Positions 1 to 12,100 of a stretch of 64,000 bases of DNA are shown in pieces. The stretch lies in the NCBI GenBank assembly GCA_963741945.1, contig CAVUKA010000001.1, forward strand, positions 608,001-672,000, written 5' to 3'. The notes under the pieces are model-generated. The model made no database searches, had not been told where the DNA came from, and saw nothing but the letters and a program-made list of their open reading frames with translations. Each line of letters opens with the position of its first letter. Positions within the stretch are counted from its first letter, which is position 1. Origin of the DNA: an uncultured Gemmatimonadales bacterium. Its GTDB lineage: Bacteria > Gemmatimonadota > Gemmatimonadetes > Longimicrobiales > RSA9. The position numbers and the translations under genes were made by a program.

Positions 1-110
1 GTTAAATGGCCATGGCTCCGCCACCCGGACAGTTGAAGGGTGGGGGCCGCGGTCGTATCTTGGCATGCTTGTGCCGTAACAGTCTGGCTCAGTAGAGGAG
101 TCCTCGTCGT

Positions 111-1931
111 ATGGTCATGAAGCAGATGCGGGACAACACGAAGTGGATCATGCTGATCACAGCATTGGCCTTCGTGGGTCTCATGGTCTTCCAGTGGGGG
201 ATGGACGTGAGCGGTCGCAGCGCCAACTCCCAGGGGGACCTGGGCGAGGTGGATGGCGAAGCCATCACGTATGCGGAGTTCAACCAGGCGTACCGGACTC
301 TGTACGATCAGCGCCAGCAGCAGGAGAAGGCACCCATCACGTCGGCGGAGAACAAGCGCCTGGAGGACCAGGCGTGGAACCAGATCGTGATGGACCGGCT
401 GATCGCCCACGAGCTGCACCGCCGCGGGATCTCGGTCACGGACCGCGAGGTGCGCGAGGCCGCCCGCTACGCGCCCCCGCCCGACTTCTACAATGCCGAG
501 GTCTTCCAGACCAACGGGCAGTTCGACATCGAGAAGTATCACCGCTTCCTCGGCTCCGGCCAGGCGGACCCGCAGCTGCTGCGTGATCTCGAGTCGTACT
601 ACCGGCGCGTGATCCCGCGCAGCAAGCTGTTCCAGGAGATCACGACCTCCGTGGTGGTGACCGACGGCGAGCTGTGGCGTCGCTACCGCGAGGAGCACGA
701 GACGGCCTCCATCCGCTACATCGCCCTCGACCCGCAGGCGCTGGTACCGGCCGGGGACGTCACGGTCGACGACGCCGATGTGGCCAGCTACTATGCCCAG
801 CACCGCTCCGATTTCGAGCGGCCCGCACGGGCGCAGGTCAAGGTCACGTCCATCAGCAAGGCGCCCACGCCGGCCGATACGGCCGCCGCGCTCGAGCACG
901 CGCGCGAGGTCCGGCAGGAGATCGTGGACGGAGCCGATTTCGCCACGGTGGCAGGCCGCGAGAGCCAGGACCAGGGCTCCGCCGCCCAGGGCGGCGAGCT
1001 CGGCACCATCCGCAAGGGGCAGACGGTGCCGCAGTTCGAGGAAGCGGCCTGGAGCGCCCCGATCGGCCAGATCACGCAGCCCGTCCTCACGCCGTTCGGC
1101 TTCCACCTGATCCGGGTGGCGAGCCGCAACGCAGACTCGGCCGAGGTGGCCCACATCCTGATCTCGATCGAGCGCACGGCCGAGAGCGAGGACTCGCTCC
1201 TCGCCCGCGTCGACTCCCTCGAGTCCCTGGCGGGCCGCATGTCCCTCGACAACGCCGCCCAGGAGCTCGGGCTACAGGTCCGCACCACCGAGCTGACTCC
1301 CGTCCTCCCCACCCTCCCCGGCATCGGCGATGTCAGCGAGGGCGTCAACTGGGCGTTCGAAGACCAGCCCGCCACAGGCGACATCAGCCCCATCTTCGAG
1401 AACCAGAGCCGGTTCTTCATCATGGAGCTGGAGCAGCGCCAGGAAGCGCGTCCGCTCACCCTCGAGGAGGCCACACCGAGCATCCGCGGCATCCTCATTC
1501 GCGAGCGGCGCCATGAACGCACCCGCGACATCGGCCGGCAGGTGGTCGATCGCCTCACCGCCGGCGCCTCCCTGGACGAGGCGGCTAGCACCGTCAACGC
1601 CGAGGTGCGCACTGCCGGGCCCTTCACCCGCGTGGACTACGTCCCCGGGATCGGCTCCGCCAATGCCGTCATCGGCGCGGCGTTCGGCCTGGCCAGGGGC
1701 GAGACCAGCGGGCTCCTCGAGACCGACCAGGCGTTCTACATCATCCAGGTGACCGACCGCACCGCCGCCGACCGCGAGGCGTGGCAGCAGCAGCTGCCTC
1801 AGCAGCGACAGCAGGTCGTGAGCAGCATCCGCAGTCAGCGCCTCGATGAGTTCCTCAGCGCCCTGCGCGACAACGCCTCCGTGGTGGACAACCGCCAGAA
1901 GGTGCTGAACGCCCCCGACGCCGCCGCCTGA
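111..1931 (+). CDS. ppiD: SurA N-terminal domain / parvulin-type peptidyl-prolyl isomerase (PpiD-like)
   Basis: 606-aa ORF with N-terminal TM helix, SurA-like N domain and rotamase motif (DFATVA..SQD.GSAAQGGELG...FEEAAW...PV.TPFGFHLI); GAGGAG RBS upstream. Confidence 0.85.
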   Translation: MVMKQMRDNTKWIMLITALAFVGLMVFQWGMDVSGRSANSQGDLGEVDGEAITYAEFNQAYRTLYDQRQQQEKAPITSAENKRLEDQAWNQIVMDRLIAHELHRRGISVTDREVREAARYAPPPDFYNAEVFQTNGQFDIEKYHRFLGSGQADPQLLRDLESYYRRVIPRSKLFQEITTSVVVTDGELWRRYREEHETASIRYIALDPQALVPAGDVTVDDADVASYYAQHRSDFERPARAQVKVTSISKAPTPADTAAALEHAREVRQEIVDGADFATVAGRESQDQGSAAQGGELGTIRKGQTVPQFEEAAWSAPIGQITQPVLTPFGFHLIRVASRNADSAEVAHILISIERTAESEDSLLARVDSLESLAGRMSLDNAAQELGLQVRTTELTPVLPTLPGIGDVSEGVNWAFEDQPATGDISPIFENQSRFFIMELEQRQEARPLTLEEATPSIRGILIRERRHERTRDIGRQVVDRLTAGASLDEAASTVNAEVRTAGPFTRVDYVPGIGSANAVIGAAFGLARGETSGLLETDQAFYIIQVTDRTAADREAWQQQLPQQRQQVVSSIRSQRLDEFLSALRDNASVVDNRQKVLNAPDAAA

Positions 1932-2028
1932 CCGGCGGGCGCGGGCCGACGGGCCGATGGCGGGCGGGCATGAGGCTGGCCCCGCGCCGTCACGCCCTTC
2001 CGCGCTCCGCGAGCTCCAGGACGAACGG

Positions 2029-2065
2029 AAGCCCTCCGGGGCGGCTGAGCCGCCCCGGAGGGCTT
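2029..2065. terminator. Perfect 17-bp stem-loop between convergent ppiD and tatA
   Basis: AAGCCCTCCGGGGCGGC-TGA-GCCGCCCCGGAGGGCTT. Confidence 0.7.
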
Positions 2066-2144
2066 GATCGTTCTCGGCAGGCGGCGAGGCGGTCGCCGCC
2101 CCATCGGGCGCTCGGCGCCCGCCGGTCCCCCCGGTGGGGAGTGC

Positions 2145-2432
2145 CTACTCGGTCTTGGTCTGGCCGGGGTCGGTCTTGACGGCCTCGGCCTCGCGGGGCT
2201 GCGCGGGCTCCTCGGGCTTGCGCGGCGCTTCGGAGCGCGGCAGCTCGCGGTTGGTGTTCATGGCCGAGCGGTTGAACTCGCCCTCGATGTCCCGAACGGA
2301 GCTCTTGAACTCCCGGATCCCCTTCCCGAGCGCCCCACCGATCTCGGGGAGCCTGCGGGCTCCGAAGACCAGGAGGAGGACGGCCAGGATCAGGATCACT
2401 TCCCAGATGCCGACGCTACCGCCGAAGGGCAT
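2145..2432 (-). CDS. tatA: Twin-arginine translocase TatA/TatE subunit
   Basis: GIWEVILILAVLLLVFGARRLPEIGGALGKGIREFK signature. Confidence 0.95.
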   Translation of the reverse strand: MPFGGSVGIWEVILILAVLLLVFGARRLPEIGGALGKGIREFKSSVRDIEGEFNRSAMNTNRELPRSEAPRKPEEPAQPREAEAVKTDPGQTKTE

Positions 2433-2449
2433 GGCTACTCACCTTTCTG

Positions 2450-2734
2450 CTAGAACCACCACGAACGCATCACCAGCCAGACGATCAGTACACCGATCAC
2501 ACTCAATGCGTTCACATTCAGCACCAGGGGGCCAATCACCAGGGCGATCGCCACGAGGTCGATTCCCAGGGGGCCCAGGGAAGCCGACACGGACGTCGTG
2601 AGGAATTCCCGCCCGGCGCTGTCCGGAAGGTAGCGGATCGCCAGCTTCGTGAACAGCGCCCCGAGGAACAGGCCAATGAGCACCGCCCACACCAGACGGG
2701 GTATGGCCCGCCGTCGAGCTCCACCCAGCATCAT
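2450..2734 (-). CDS. Small membrane protein (DUF4321-like)
   Basis: Hydrophobic 94-aa ORF with PLGIDLVAI..V.GPLVLNVN pattern; purine-rich RBS before ATG at 2734. Confidence 0.6.
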   Translation of the reverse strand: MMLGGARRRAIPRLVWAVLIGLFLGALFTKLAIRYLPDSAGREFLTTSVSASLGPLGIDLVAIALVIGPLVLNVNALSVIGVLIVWLVMRSWWF

Positions 2735-2806
2735 GCCCTCTTTCTCGCGCCTCAATGCGTGAACACGTCCCCGGATCGTCGCGCCATTCCGCCGGCCCTG
2801 ACCGCG

Positions 2807-3811
2807 CTACCTTCTGCGCTCGACAACGTACGTGATGGCGGCCTGGAGCGCTGCGGTGATGTCGGACTCCGGAAGATCCCGCAGCGCTTCGGCCGCGCGG
2901 GCGCCATAGTCGTCGGCGCAGACCCGCGCCACTTCCAGCCCGCCGTGCTGTCGGGTGAGCTCGGTGACGCGCCGGATGCCATCATCGTCGGGGACCGGCT
3001 CGGCGAAGAACGCCTCCACGTCGCGGCGCGCGGCGCGATCCATCTCGCGCATGGCGGCGATGAGCGGGAGCGTCATCTTGTGCTCGCGCAGGTCGTGGCC
3101 CGAAGGCTTTCCCGTAGCCTCCTCGGTGGCCGTGTAGTCGAGCAGGTCGTCGGCGATCTGGAAGGCCATGCCGACGAAATGGCCATACCGGGCCAGTGGC
3201 TCGCGATACCGATCGTCGCCCGTCATGGCTCCCATCTCGCACGCGGCGGACATGAGCGACGCGGTCTTGGAGCGGATGAGCCGGAAGTAGTCCTCATCGC
3301 TGAAGCCGAGGGCGTCAGCGGACGCCAGCTGGCGCATCTCGCCCACGCTCATCTCGTTGGCCGCATTCGCCAGCACCACGATGAGGTCGGTGCGCTCGAA
3401 GCCCGCGAGATGGCTCATCGCGCGACTGTAGAGATAGTCGCCCATGATGATGGCCGACTGGTGATTCCAGAGCGCGTTCACCGTGGGCATGCCACGGCGC
3501 AGGACCGAGTGGTCCACCGCGTCATCGTGGACGAGCGTGGCCAGATGCACCAGCTCCACGATCGCGCCGAGCGTGGGCGCCCGCTCGTAGCCGCCATCGC
3601 CCACGCGGTTGGCCAGCAGCAGGAGCGTCGGCCGGAACAGCTTCCCGCGCGCCAGCGCGAGATAATCGCTGACTTCCTGGACCGGGGAGAAGTCGGACAG
3701 GATGATGCGACGGATCTCGTCGCCCACCGTGTCCAGCGCCGACGCCACCGGCGCCTGGATGTCCGCGAGTCGCGGCCGCACGCTGTCGGCCATCACCGCT
3801 TCCCCGTTCAC
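2807..3811 (-). CDS. Polyprenyl diphosphate synthase
   Basis: GKLFRP, ELVHLATLVHDDAVD, RRG, KTA and FQIADDLLD motifs; GTG start overlaps the upstream TGA (alternative ATG at 3793). Confidence 0.93.
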   Translation of the reverse strand: MNGEAVMADSVRPRLADIQAPVASALDTVGDEIRRIILSDFSPVQEVSDYLALARGKLFRPTLLLLANRVGDGGYERAPTLGAIVELVHLATLVHDDAVDHSVLRRGMPTVNALWNHQSAIIMGDYLYSRAMSHLAGFERTDLIVVLANAANEMSVGEMRQLASADALGFSDEDYFRLIRSKTASLMSAACEMGAMTGDDRYREPLARYGHFVGMAFQIADDLLDYTATEEATGKPSGHDLREHKMTLPLIAAMREMDRAARRDVEAFFAEPVPDDDGIRRVTELTRQHGGLEVARVCADDYGARAAEALRDLPESDITAALQAAITYVVERRR

Positions 3812-6042
3812 AGCCGCGCCACGCGGTCGGGGACGTCGGCGAACCCATCGTCGATGTGGAGGATCCTGCGATAGGCGTCGCGCGCCTCGGCGCGCTGGTT
3901 CAGCTCTTCGTGACACCGCCCCAGGTGGTAGTATACGCCCAGCAGCTCGCGCTCGTCCCGGCTCGGGAGCTCCAGGGCACGCCGCAGGACGTCGAGCGCC
4001 CGATCGAACTCGCGCTTCAGCATGTAGCACTGACCCAGCTCTTCATACACCTTCAGTCGCTCCTCGCCTTCTCCGAGCGCCGCCTGGAATTCCGCCACCG
4101 CCTGGTCCACCAGCCCCATCTCCTTGAACGCCAGCCCCAGGTCGTAATGATCGTCTGCGCTGCTACGCTCCCGCGACGATGCACCCGGACGCGCATCCGG
4201 CTCCGCCTCCGGCGACGACGGTGCAGCGGAACGCGCATCCGGCTCCGCTTCCGGCGACGACGGTGCAGCGGAACGCGCATCCGGCTCCGTCACCGCCGAG
4301 GCCGCTTCCGTCCGCTCGTCGCTCGCGTCCCCGGATCGGAGCGCGTTTCTCGCCGCCTCGTTCGCCGGATCCAGCTCCAGCACCCGCCTGTAGATGGCCT
4401 GCGCTTCCGCGCCGGAGCCCTCACGCGACAGCGCATCGGCCAGGTCCTCGAGCGCGGCCGCCGTGAGCGCGGCGTGGTCCAGCATCGACGCAAGCTCGAC
4501 TCGCCGCCTCCGCGCCGCCATCTCGCTCGGGTCCCGGCGGGAGATCTCCGTGACCACCTGGAGCGCCGCCCGGATCATGTCGGGGCCCGGCTCCCCCTCC
4601 ATCAGGATATTGAGCTCGCGCATCGCCTCGGTCGACAGGCCGCGGCTCACGAGCTCGCGCGCGCGCCCGAGCACCGCTTCCTCGTCCACCTCCACGTCCC
4701 AGTCCGGCGGCGGCTCGCTCCCCGCGGTCACCTGGCCGAAGCTCAGATCCAGCATCCCGACGTCGAGCAGCTCCTCCTCGTCTTCATCGGGCCCGCTGGA
4801 CCGCCCCGCCCCTGCGCCGACACCGGCCTCGCCCGCGTCGTCCCCCACCGACGTCCTCGCCCACGGCTTCTTCGCCCGGCGCGACTCATCGACCGCCGCG
4901 TCCTCCCCCGCGTCCTCTTCCGGCCAGCCGCGGTCGGCGGACGGCTCCGCGGCCAGCTCGTCGTCCGGCCACTTCCGACCGGGAGCGATGCCGCCTTCGC
5001 GCGCTCCCTCGGTATCCGGCTTCGCCTCCGGCGGGGCCGCGGCCTCCGCGTCCAGCGGCGGCAGCGGTTCCTCTTCCCGGTCCGGCGCAGCGTCGAGCTC
5101 CGCCAGGGATTCCGCCGCTTCCCCATCGGAAAAAGCGTCCTCCTCCGGAGCGTCCTCCTCCGGAGCCGGGACCGCGTCCCAGCCGGTGTCCAGGAGCGGG
5201 AGCGGCTCGGGCTCCGCTTCCTCTTCTTCCACCGCATCGCCGCGGCCGGTGGGCTCGAGCCCCGCCAGCCCTTCCGGCTCCGGCTCCTGCGACTCCGCCT
5301 CGTGCCCCACCCGGTGCGTCTCCAGCCCGTCGAGCCCACCGGCCACCGGGGCGCCCGGGCGGAAGGGGCGATCCAGGGCATCGGCCCGGGCCGATTCCCC
5401 GGACGGGGCCGCGCCGTTCACGCCGAGCTCTATGGACGGATGGATCGAGCGGGCTTCTTCCAGCACGCGCTCAGCGGCCGACGCGTCCCCGCGGGCCGAC
5501 CAGGTGGCGTGGGCCTTCCGCAGCTGGTTGAGCGCATCGTTCTGCCGGCCATGGCCGGCAAGGTGACGGGCCAGGACCTGCCTCGCCTCCGGGTCGTCGG
5601 CGTCGTCGGCGTATTCCTCGATCCCGTGGAACGCGGCCTCGTGGTTGCCCCCGCGCATCTGCCGCTCTGCGTACTCCAGGATCCAGCGGCGGGCGTCGGG
5701 GAGGAACCCCTGCTCGGCGGCGAGGCGACTCAGCTTCAGGTAGATGTGGGCGCGATCCGGCCGATGGCGGAGCGCCTTGTTGCAGAGGGCTATGGCGTTG
5801 TTGTAGAAGCCGGACTCCGCGTACTTGTCCGCGGCAGCCTCGTAGTAGGTCACCGCCTCGTCGGTCTGCCCGAGCCGGAGGTACAGGTCGCCCACACGGT
5901 TGTAGAGCGGGAGCTCCACTTCCGCGTCATCCGTCCGCTCCTCGGAATCGAGCGCTTTCCGGTAGGCCTCAATGGCGGCCTTCCAGTCTTCCTTCTGCTC
6001 GAGCTTCCGAGCGCGCTCTTTCAGCTTGGCGACTGATGTCAT
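3808..6042 (-). CDS. Tetratricopeptide-repeat protein with acidic low-complexity linker
   Basis: N- and C-terminal TPR motifs (LYNRVGDLYLRLG, HYDLGLAFKEMGL, YYHLGRCHEEL) around a D/E/P/A-rich centre. Confidence 0.85.
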   Translation of the reverse strand: MTSVAKLKERARKLEQKEDWKAAIEAYRKALDSEERTDDAEVELPLYNRVGDLYLRLGQTDEAVTYYEAAADKYAESGFYNNAIALCNKALRHRPDRAHIYLKLSRLAAEQGFLPDARRWILEYAERQMRGGNHEAAFHGIEEYADDADDPEARQVLARHLAGHGRQNDALNQLRKAHATWSARGDASAAERVLEEARSIHPSIELGVNGAAPSGESARADALDRPFRPGAPVAGGLDGLETHRVGHEAESQEPEPEGLAGLEPTGRGDAVEEEEAEPEPLPLLDTGWDAVPAPEEDAPEEDAFSDGEAAESLAELDAAPDREEEPLPPLDAEAAAPPEAKPDTEGAREGGIAPGRKWPDDELAAEPSADRGWPEEDAGEDAAVDESRRAKKPWARTSVGDDAGEAGVGAGAGRSSGPDEDEEELLDVGMLDLSFGQVTAGSEPPPDWDVEVDEEAVLGRARELVSRGLSTEAMRELNILMEGEPGPDMIRAALQVVTEISRRDPSEMAARRRRVELASMLDHAALTAAALEDLADALSREGSGAEAQAIYRRVLELDPANEAARNALRSGDASDERTEAASAVTEPDARSAAPSSPEAEPDARSAAPSSPEAEPDARPGASSRERSSADDHYDLGLAFKEMGLVDQAVAEFQAALGEGEERLKVYEELGQCYMLKREFDRALDVLRRALELPSRDERELLGVYYHLGRCHEELNQRAEARDAYRRILHIDDGFADVPDRVARL
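4189..4289. repeat. 42-bp in-frame tandem repeat (about 2.4 copies) within the TPR gene
   Basis: ACGCGCATCCGGCTCCGCYTCCGGCGACGACGGTGCAGCGGA at 4189 and 4231, partial at 4273; encodes EPDARSAAPSSPEA. Confidence 0.9.
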
Positions 6043-6340
6043 TCAGTCTCGATCGTGCGATGCACCCAAACGCCAGCGGCCTCCGGCGACCGCCAGGTCA
6101 TTTGCGCCGCCCGCGCCGGCGCCACCGGCCGCAGCCCGGTGGCTGCCCCTCCGGACCCCGGCCTCCCGCGGTCCGGCCGGTGGCGCGTCGCCGCGATCGG
6201 GACTCCCGAGGGATGTGGGAGGAGTCGAGCGAGCGCTGCGCTGCTGCCGGCTCCGGCCCTCGCGTGCGCACTGGACCGTGTCGGACAGCCGCTTCGTCAT
6301 GGCACCGAAGATACTCCCGCACGCTGTGCGGAACAAGCGC

Positions 6341-7549
6341 TCAGGCCACTTCCCGACCGGTTTTCCACACTCGCCGCGCGAGCCGGATTCCGTACCGGTA
6401 CGGGATCTCCCGGTAGTCGCCCGCCCCCCACACCACCAGGTCGGCGGGTGCTCCGGGCGTCAGCGTGCCGGCTCCGGCCGGCAGCCGGAGCGCCCGGGCG
6501 CCCCCACGCGTGGCCGCCACCAGCGCTTCCAGCGGGTCCATCCCCATCTGCGAGCAGGCGACGGTGGTGACCAGCGGCAGGCTGGGCGACGCCGACGACC
6601 CGGGATTGAAGTCCGTCGCCAGCGCGACCGTCGCGCCCGCGTCCAGCAGCTTCCGCGCGGGCGCGTATGCCGACCTCCCGAGAAAGAAGAGGGTGGCGGG
6701 GAGGAGCGTGGCGACCGTGTCCGAACCGGCCAGCGCCTCGATCCCGGCGTCGCTCACGCACCCCAGGTGGTCGGCCGACGCGGCGCCCAGCTCAACGGCC
6801 AGCTCGGCGCCCCCCGAAGCTTCCAGCTCGTCAGCGTGGACTTTCGGGATCAGCCCGTGCTCCAGGCCGGCCTCCAGGATCCGCCGGCTCTGGCGCGCGT
6901 CGAACACGCCGGGCTCCATGAACACGTCGCAGAAGCGCGCCAGCCCCGCCCGGGCCACTTCCGGGATCATCTCCGTGCTCACCAGCTTCACGTAGTCGTC
7001 CGCGCGGCCCTGGTACTCCGGCGGCGTCTCGTGCCCGCCCAGGAACGTGGCGACGAGCTCCAGCGGCCCCTCGTCGCCCAGCCGGCGGATGACGCGCAGC
7101 ATCTTCAGCTCGTCCTCCACCGTGAGGCCATAGCCGCTCTTCACTTCCAGCGTGGTGGTTCCCAGCGACAGCACGTCCCGGAGCCGCTCGCGCGTCAGCG
7201 CCACCAGCTCGTCCTCGCTGCGCTCGCGCAGGTCACGCACCGAAGCGTTGATCCCGCCTCCCCGCCGCGCGATCTCCATGTACGGCACGCCCCGCGACCG
7301 TAGCCCGTACTCATCCGCCCGCCACCGGCCGAACACGGCGTGGCTGTGGGAGTCCACCAGCCCCGGCGTCAGCACGCCGCCGGCGCAGTCCACCCGCTCC
7401 GCCCCGGGGTGCGACATCACCAGCTCGCGTTCCGGCCCCACCGCCACGATCCCGCCCCCGTCCACGGCGACGGCCCCCCCCGTCAGCACTTCCGCCTCTT
7501 CAGCCGCCCGGCAGGTCACCACCTGGGCCGCGTTGACGAAGAGCTTCAT
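6341..7549 (-). CDS. hutI: Imidazolonepropionase
   Basis: PGLVDSHSH, GGGINASV, EVKSGYGL, KVHADEL, SADHL and ATDFNPGS motifs; adjacent to hutH. Confidence 0.95.
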   Translation of the reverse strand: MKLFVNAAQVVTCRAAEEAEVLTGGAVAVDGGGIVAVGPERELVMSHPGAERVDCAGGVLTPGLVDSHSHAVFGRWRADEYGLRSRGVPYMEIARRGGGINASVRDLRERSEDELVALTRERLRDVLSLGTTTLEVKSGYGLTVEDELKMLRVIRRLGDEGPLELVATFLGGHETPPEYQGRADDYVKLVSTEMIPEVARAGLARFCDVFMEPGVFDARQSRRILEAGLEHGLIPKVHADELEASGGAELAVELGAASADHLGCVSDAGIEALAGSDTVATLLPATLFFLGRSAYAPARKLLDAGATVALATDFNPGSSASPSLPLVTTVACSQMGMDPLEALVAATRGGARALRLPAGAGTLTPGAPADLVVWGAGDYREIPYRYGIRLARRVWKTGREVA

Positions 7550-7560
7550 CGGTTGTCTTC

Positions 7561-9075
<1,515 letters not shown>

Positions 9076-9139
9076 GGCCCGCCAAGGTAAGGGCGCCCCC
9101 CCGCCCCCGGCCAGCCGCCTCGCGTCCGCCCCCGGCGCG

Positions 9140-12100
9140 CTACCGGTTGCGGGGCTGCTGCGTCTGCTGCGTGATGTCCGTGTGCTGGTTGTAGTCGACC
9201 TTCAGGTCGGGGTTGTCGATCAGCTGCACGCGGAAGGTCATGGCGAAGTTGCCGTTCTGCGCCTTGGTGAAGTCGAAGTTGGCGCGCCACCGGTGCAGGT
9301 CGCGGGTGAGGGTGAGGATATGGTCGGCGAACGCGTGCTCGGTGAAGGAGTAGCTGGTCCGCCAGCTCACGCTCCAGTGCTCCGTGGGCTTGAACGAGAC
9401 GTTCCCCTGCAGCATCCGGCTTTCGCGGCCCACGCCCAAGGCGTCGGGGCGGGCCCGGGTGAGGGAGTAATTGAGCTGCGCCCGCCACGTCCCCACCGCC
9501 CCACCGGGGAACGCGCCCGTGCCCCGCTGGGCGCCGCCCGGCATGATGGCGCCCGATCCGCTCCCCAGGTCCTCCGCCCCTGAGGGCACCTCCTCCGCCC
9601 CCACGGCCCCCTGGGCGGTGGTGTCCGGCCTGGCCGCCGCGGCCGCGGCGCTGCCGCCCGAGAGGCCGAGCAGCTTGAACAGCCAGAAGGTGTTGTCGAT
9701 GGAGAACGACGCATTCATGGCCGTCATGAACGGACTGAACTTCCGCGCCGGTTCGCCGCCGCCCTCGGGCGTCGGCCCGTCCTCGAACAGGTCGTGCGTG
9801 AAGCTGACCGTGAGGTTCTTGAGCAGGTCGGAATGGAGGGAGTTGCTGATCTGGTCCGTGGTGAAAGCGTGTCGACCCTCCCGCGCGGCCACGAAATCGT
9901 AGGTGAACGGGCCCGTGGTGTTGAGCGCCAGGAGCATGACCTTCTGCGCCGTGGGCAGCCGCCGCGGCTCACCCGGCGCGCCCGTGCTGTCGACGACGGC
10001 CGTGTCGGCGGCCAGCGTGTCGCTCCCGGCGATCTTGGCTTCGAACGTCTGGTTGAACGCCAGCGTGAGGGTGTTCGCCTCCCGCAGGCTGACCAGCCCG
10101 AAAACGGAGTCCTGGAGCGGCGACGAGCTCGGCGCCGGCCGGTACTGCCAGCTCAGCGACGGGGAGACCTTGTGGCGGATCCGGCTGAAGCCGGCGAAGC
10201 CGGGCCAGAAGCCGTAGAGGTCGGTTCGCAGCGTCGCCCCGGTGGAGAGCTGGAGCGGTCGCGAAACGTACCCGCCGGCGGTCAGCGTGTCGCGCACCTG
10301 CTCGCCGGAGATGGCGAGCGACGGCGTGATCTGCGTCCCCGTCCACAGCTTCTGCTGGTACCCCAGGCTGGTCTGCCACTGCAGCCGCTGTGAGGAGAAG
10401 GCCGGCAGCGTGTCGGCCGGGTTGCCGAGCGTGTCCGTTTCAGTGAACACGGGCGGCTTCATCCCCAGGGCCGCGTCCTGGTAGTTCATGCTCTGCTGCA
10501 GCGACAGGTTGCCGAAGGAGAAGCTCTGGCTGGCCTGCGCCGTCACGGTCTCCTGGTCCCGGATGGTCGCCCCGGGAAGCGTCGCCTCCGACACGTTCAC
10601 CAGCTGCCGGTTCGCGCTCGCGCTCCCGTTCCACGACAGGCTCAGTGTGCCATCACTGTTGCTGTACAGCGTTTTCGGGTTCACCGAGACCGAGAACGAC
10701 GGCAGTGTCGTGGTCTGCTTCTCCGTGTTCAGGTCCTTCGTGTTCTGGTAGCCGAACGAGCTGGAGCCCCAGGAGAAGTTGCGCCGCACCCCCGCGTTGA
10801 AGCGGATCTGCCGGTTCAGCTCCGTCGGGTCGAAAGAGTTCTGCCGCACGAACTGCGTGCTGCTGGCGTAGTCGCCCGCCACGGTCACGTTCGTCCGCTC
10901 GTCCGGCTGCCAGCTGTTGTTCGTGTGCAGCGTGAACTCCCGACCGCCCCCGCCCGTCTCCCCCTGCCGCCAGAACTCCTTCGCCTGCACCGAGCCGTCC
11001 AGGAACTGGCGCAGCACCCGGTAGCTCAGCCCCCCCGTCAGCGCCGTGTAGTTGTTCGCGAACCAGTCGAACGTGGTCTGGGCGCTCATGTAGTCGTTGA
11101 TCGCCCAGTAGAACCCGAGGTTCGAGATGCGACGGTTGTAGCCCTGGCCGTTGCGCACGATGTCGTTCACGCCGAACTGCGGCATGAGCAGCCCGCTCCG
11201 CCGGTCCCGCTTCATGCTCTGCACCATCCACGGCAGCCAGAACACGGGGACATCCTCGAACTTCAGCGTGACGCTCCTCGCCACCATGACCTGGTCCTGC
11301 ACCATCTTCAGCGAGCGTGCCTGGAAGCTGTAGTGCGGATCCGGCAGGTCACACGACGTGAACTGCGCCTTCTCGCCGTAGAGCTTCTTCTCCTTCCCCC
11401 CCGTCAGCACGTACACCCGGTTCTGCGCGCCCCGGACGTACCACGTGGCGCCCTGCTCGAACTTCGTCGTCGCCCCCGAGGCCATCCCGACGCTGCGGTT
11501 GATGTCGTAGCACACCTGCCGGCTCTCCACCGGCTCCGCCTCGCCCTCACCCTGGAGCACCGGCTGCCCGTAGCCGCACACGATCCCCGTGTTCCCCGCG
11601 TACACGAGCAGCGAGTCCGTCGACAGCGAATTCCCCTCCCGCGCCACCTTCGACTTCCCCTTCAGCCGCAGCCGGTTGCTGTCCGCCTGGAAGACCGCCG
11701 ACTCGCCCGAATACTCCGTGGTGACGTACCCGTTCAGCGCCGCCAGCGCCGCCAGCACCGAGTCCGCCGGGACCACACCGTTCACCGGCTCCGGCTCGGT
11801 CGGGAATACGACGACCGTGTCCCCGCCCACCGAGTCCACCGCCTCGCCCACCGCCGACGCCGGAACCACGGGCACCGTGTCCGCCCCCAGCGTGTCCGCT
11901 CCCATCGTGTCCGGCGGCTGGATCGGCGACGCGGGGATCGCCCGCAGCCGCGCGAGCGCCCGCTCCCGCACCGTCAACACCGTGTCGGTCGCGGCCGTGT
12001 CCGGCCGCTGCGCCGCGGGCTCCCCGGCACCAGGCTCCTGGGCGAGGAGCGACGAAGGGGTGACCAGCGCGACGACTGCGCCCAGCAGCAGCCCGGTCAG

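Noticed and set aside
60-74. Sigma54 promoter upstream of ppiD (TTGGCATGCTTGTGC)
   Set aside because: The GG-GC spacing is 9 nt, not the required 10.
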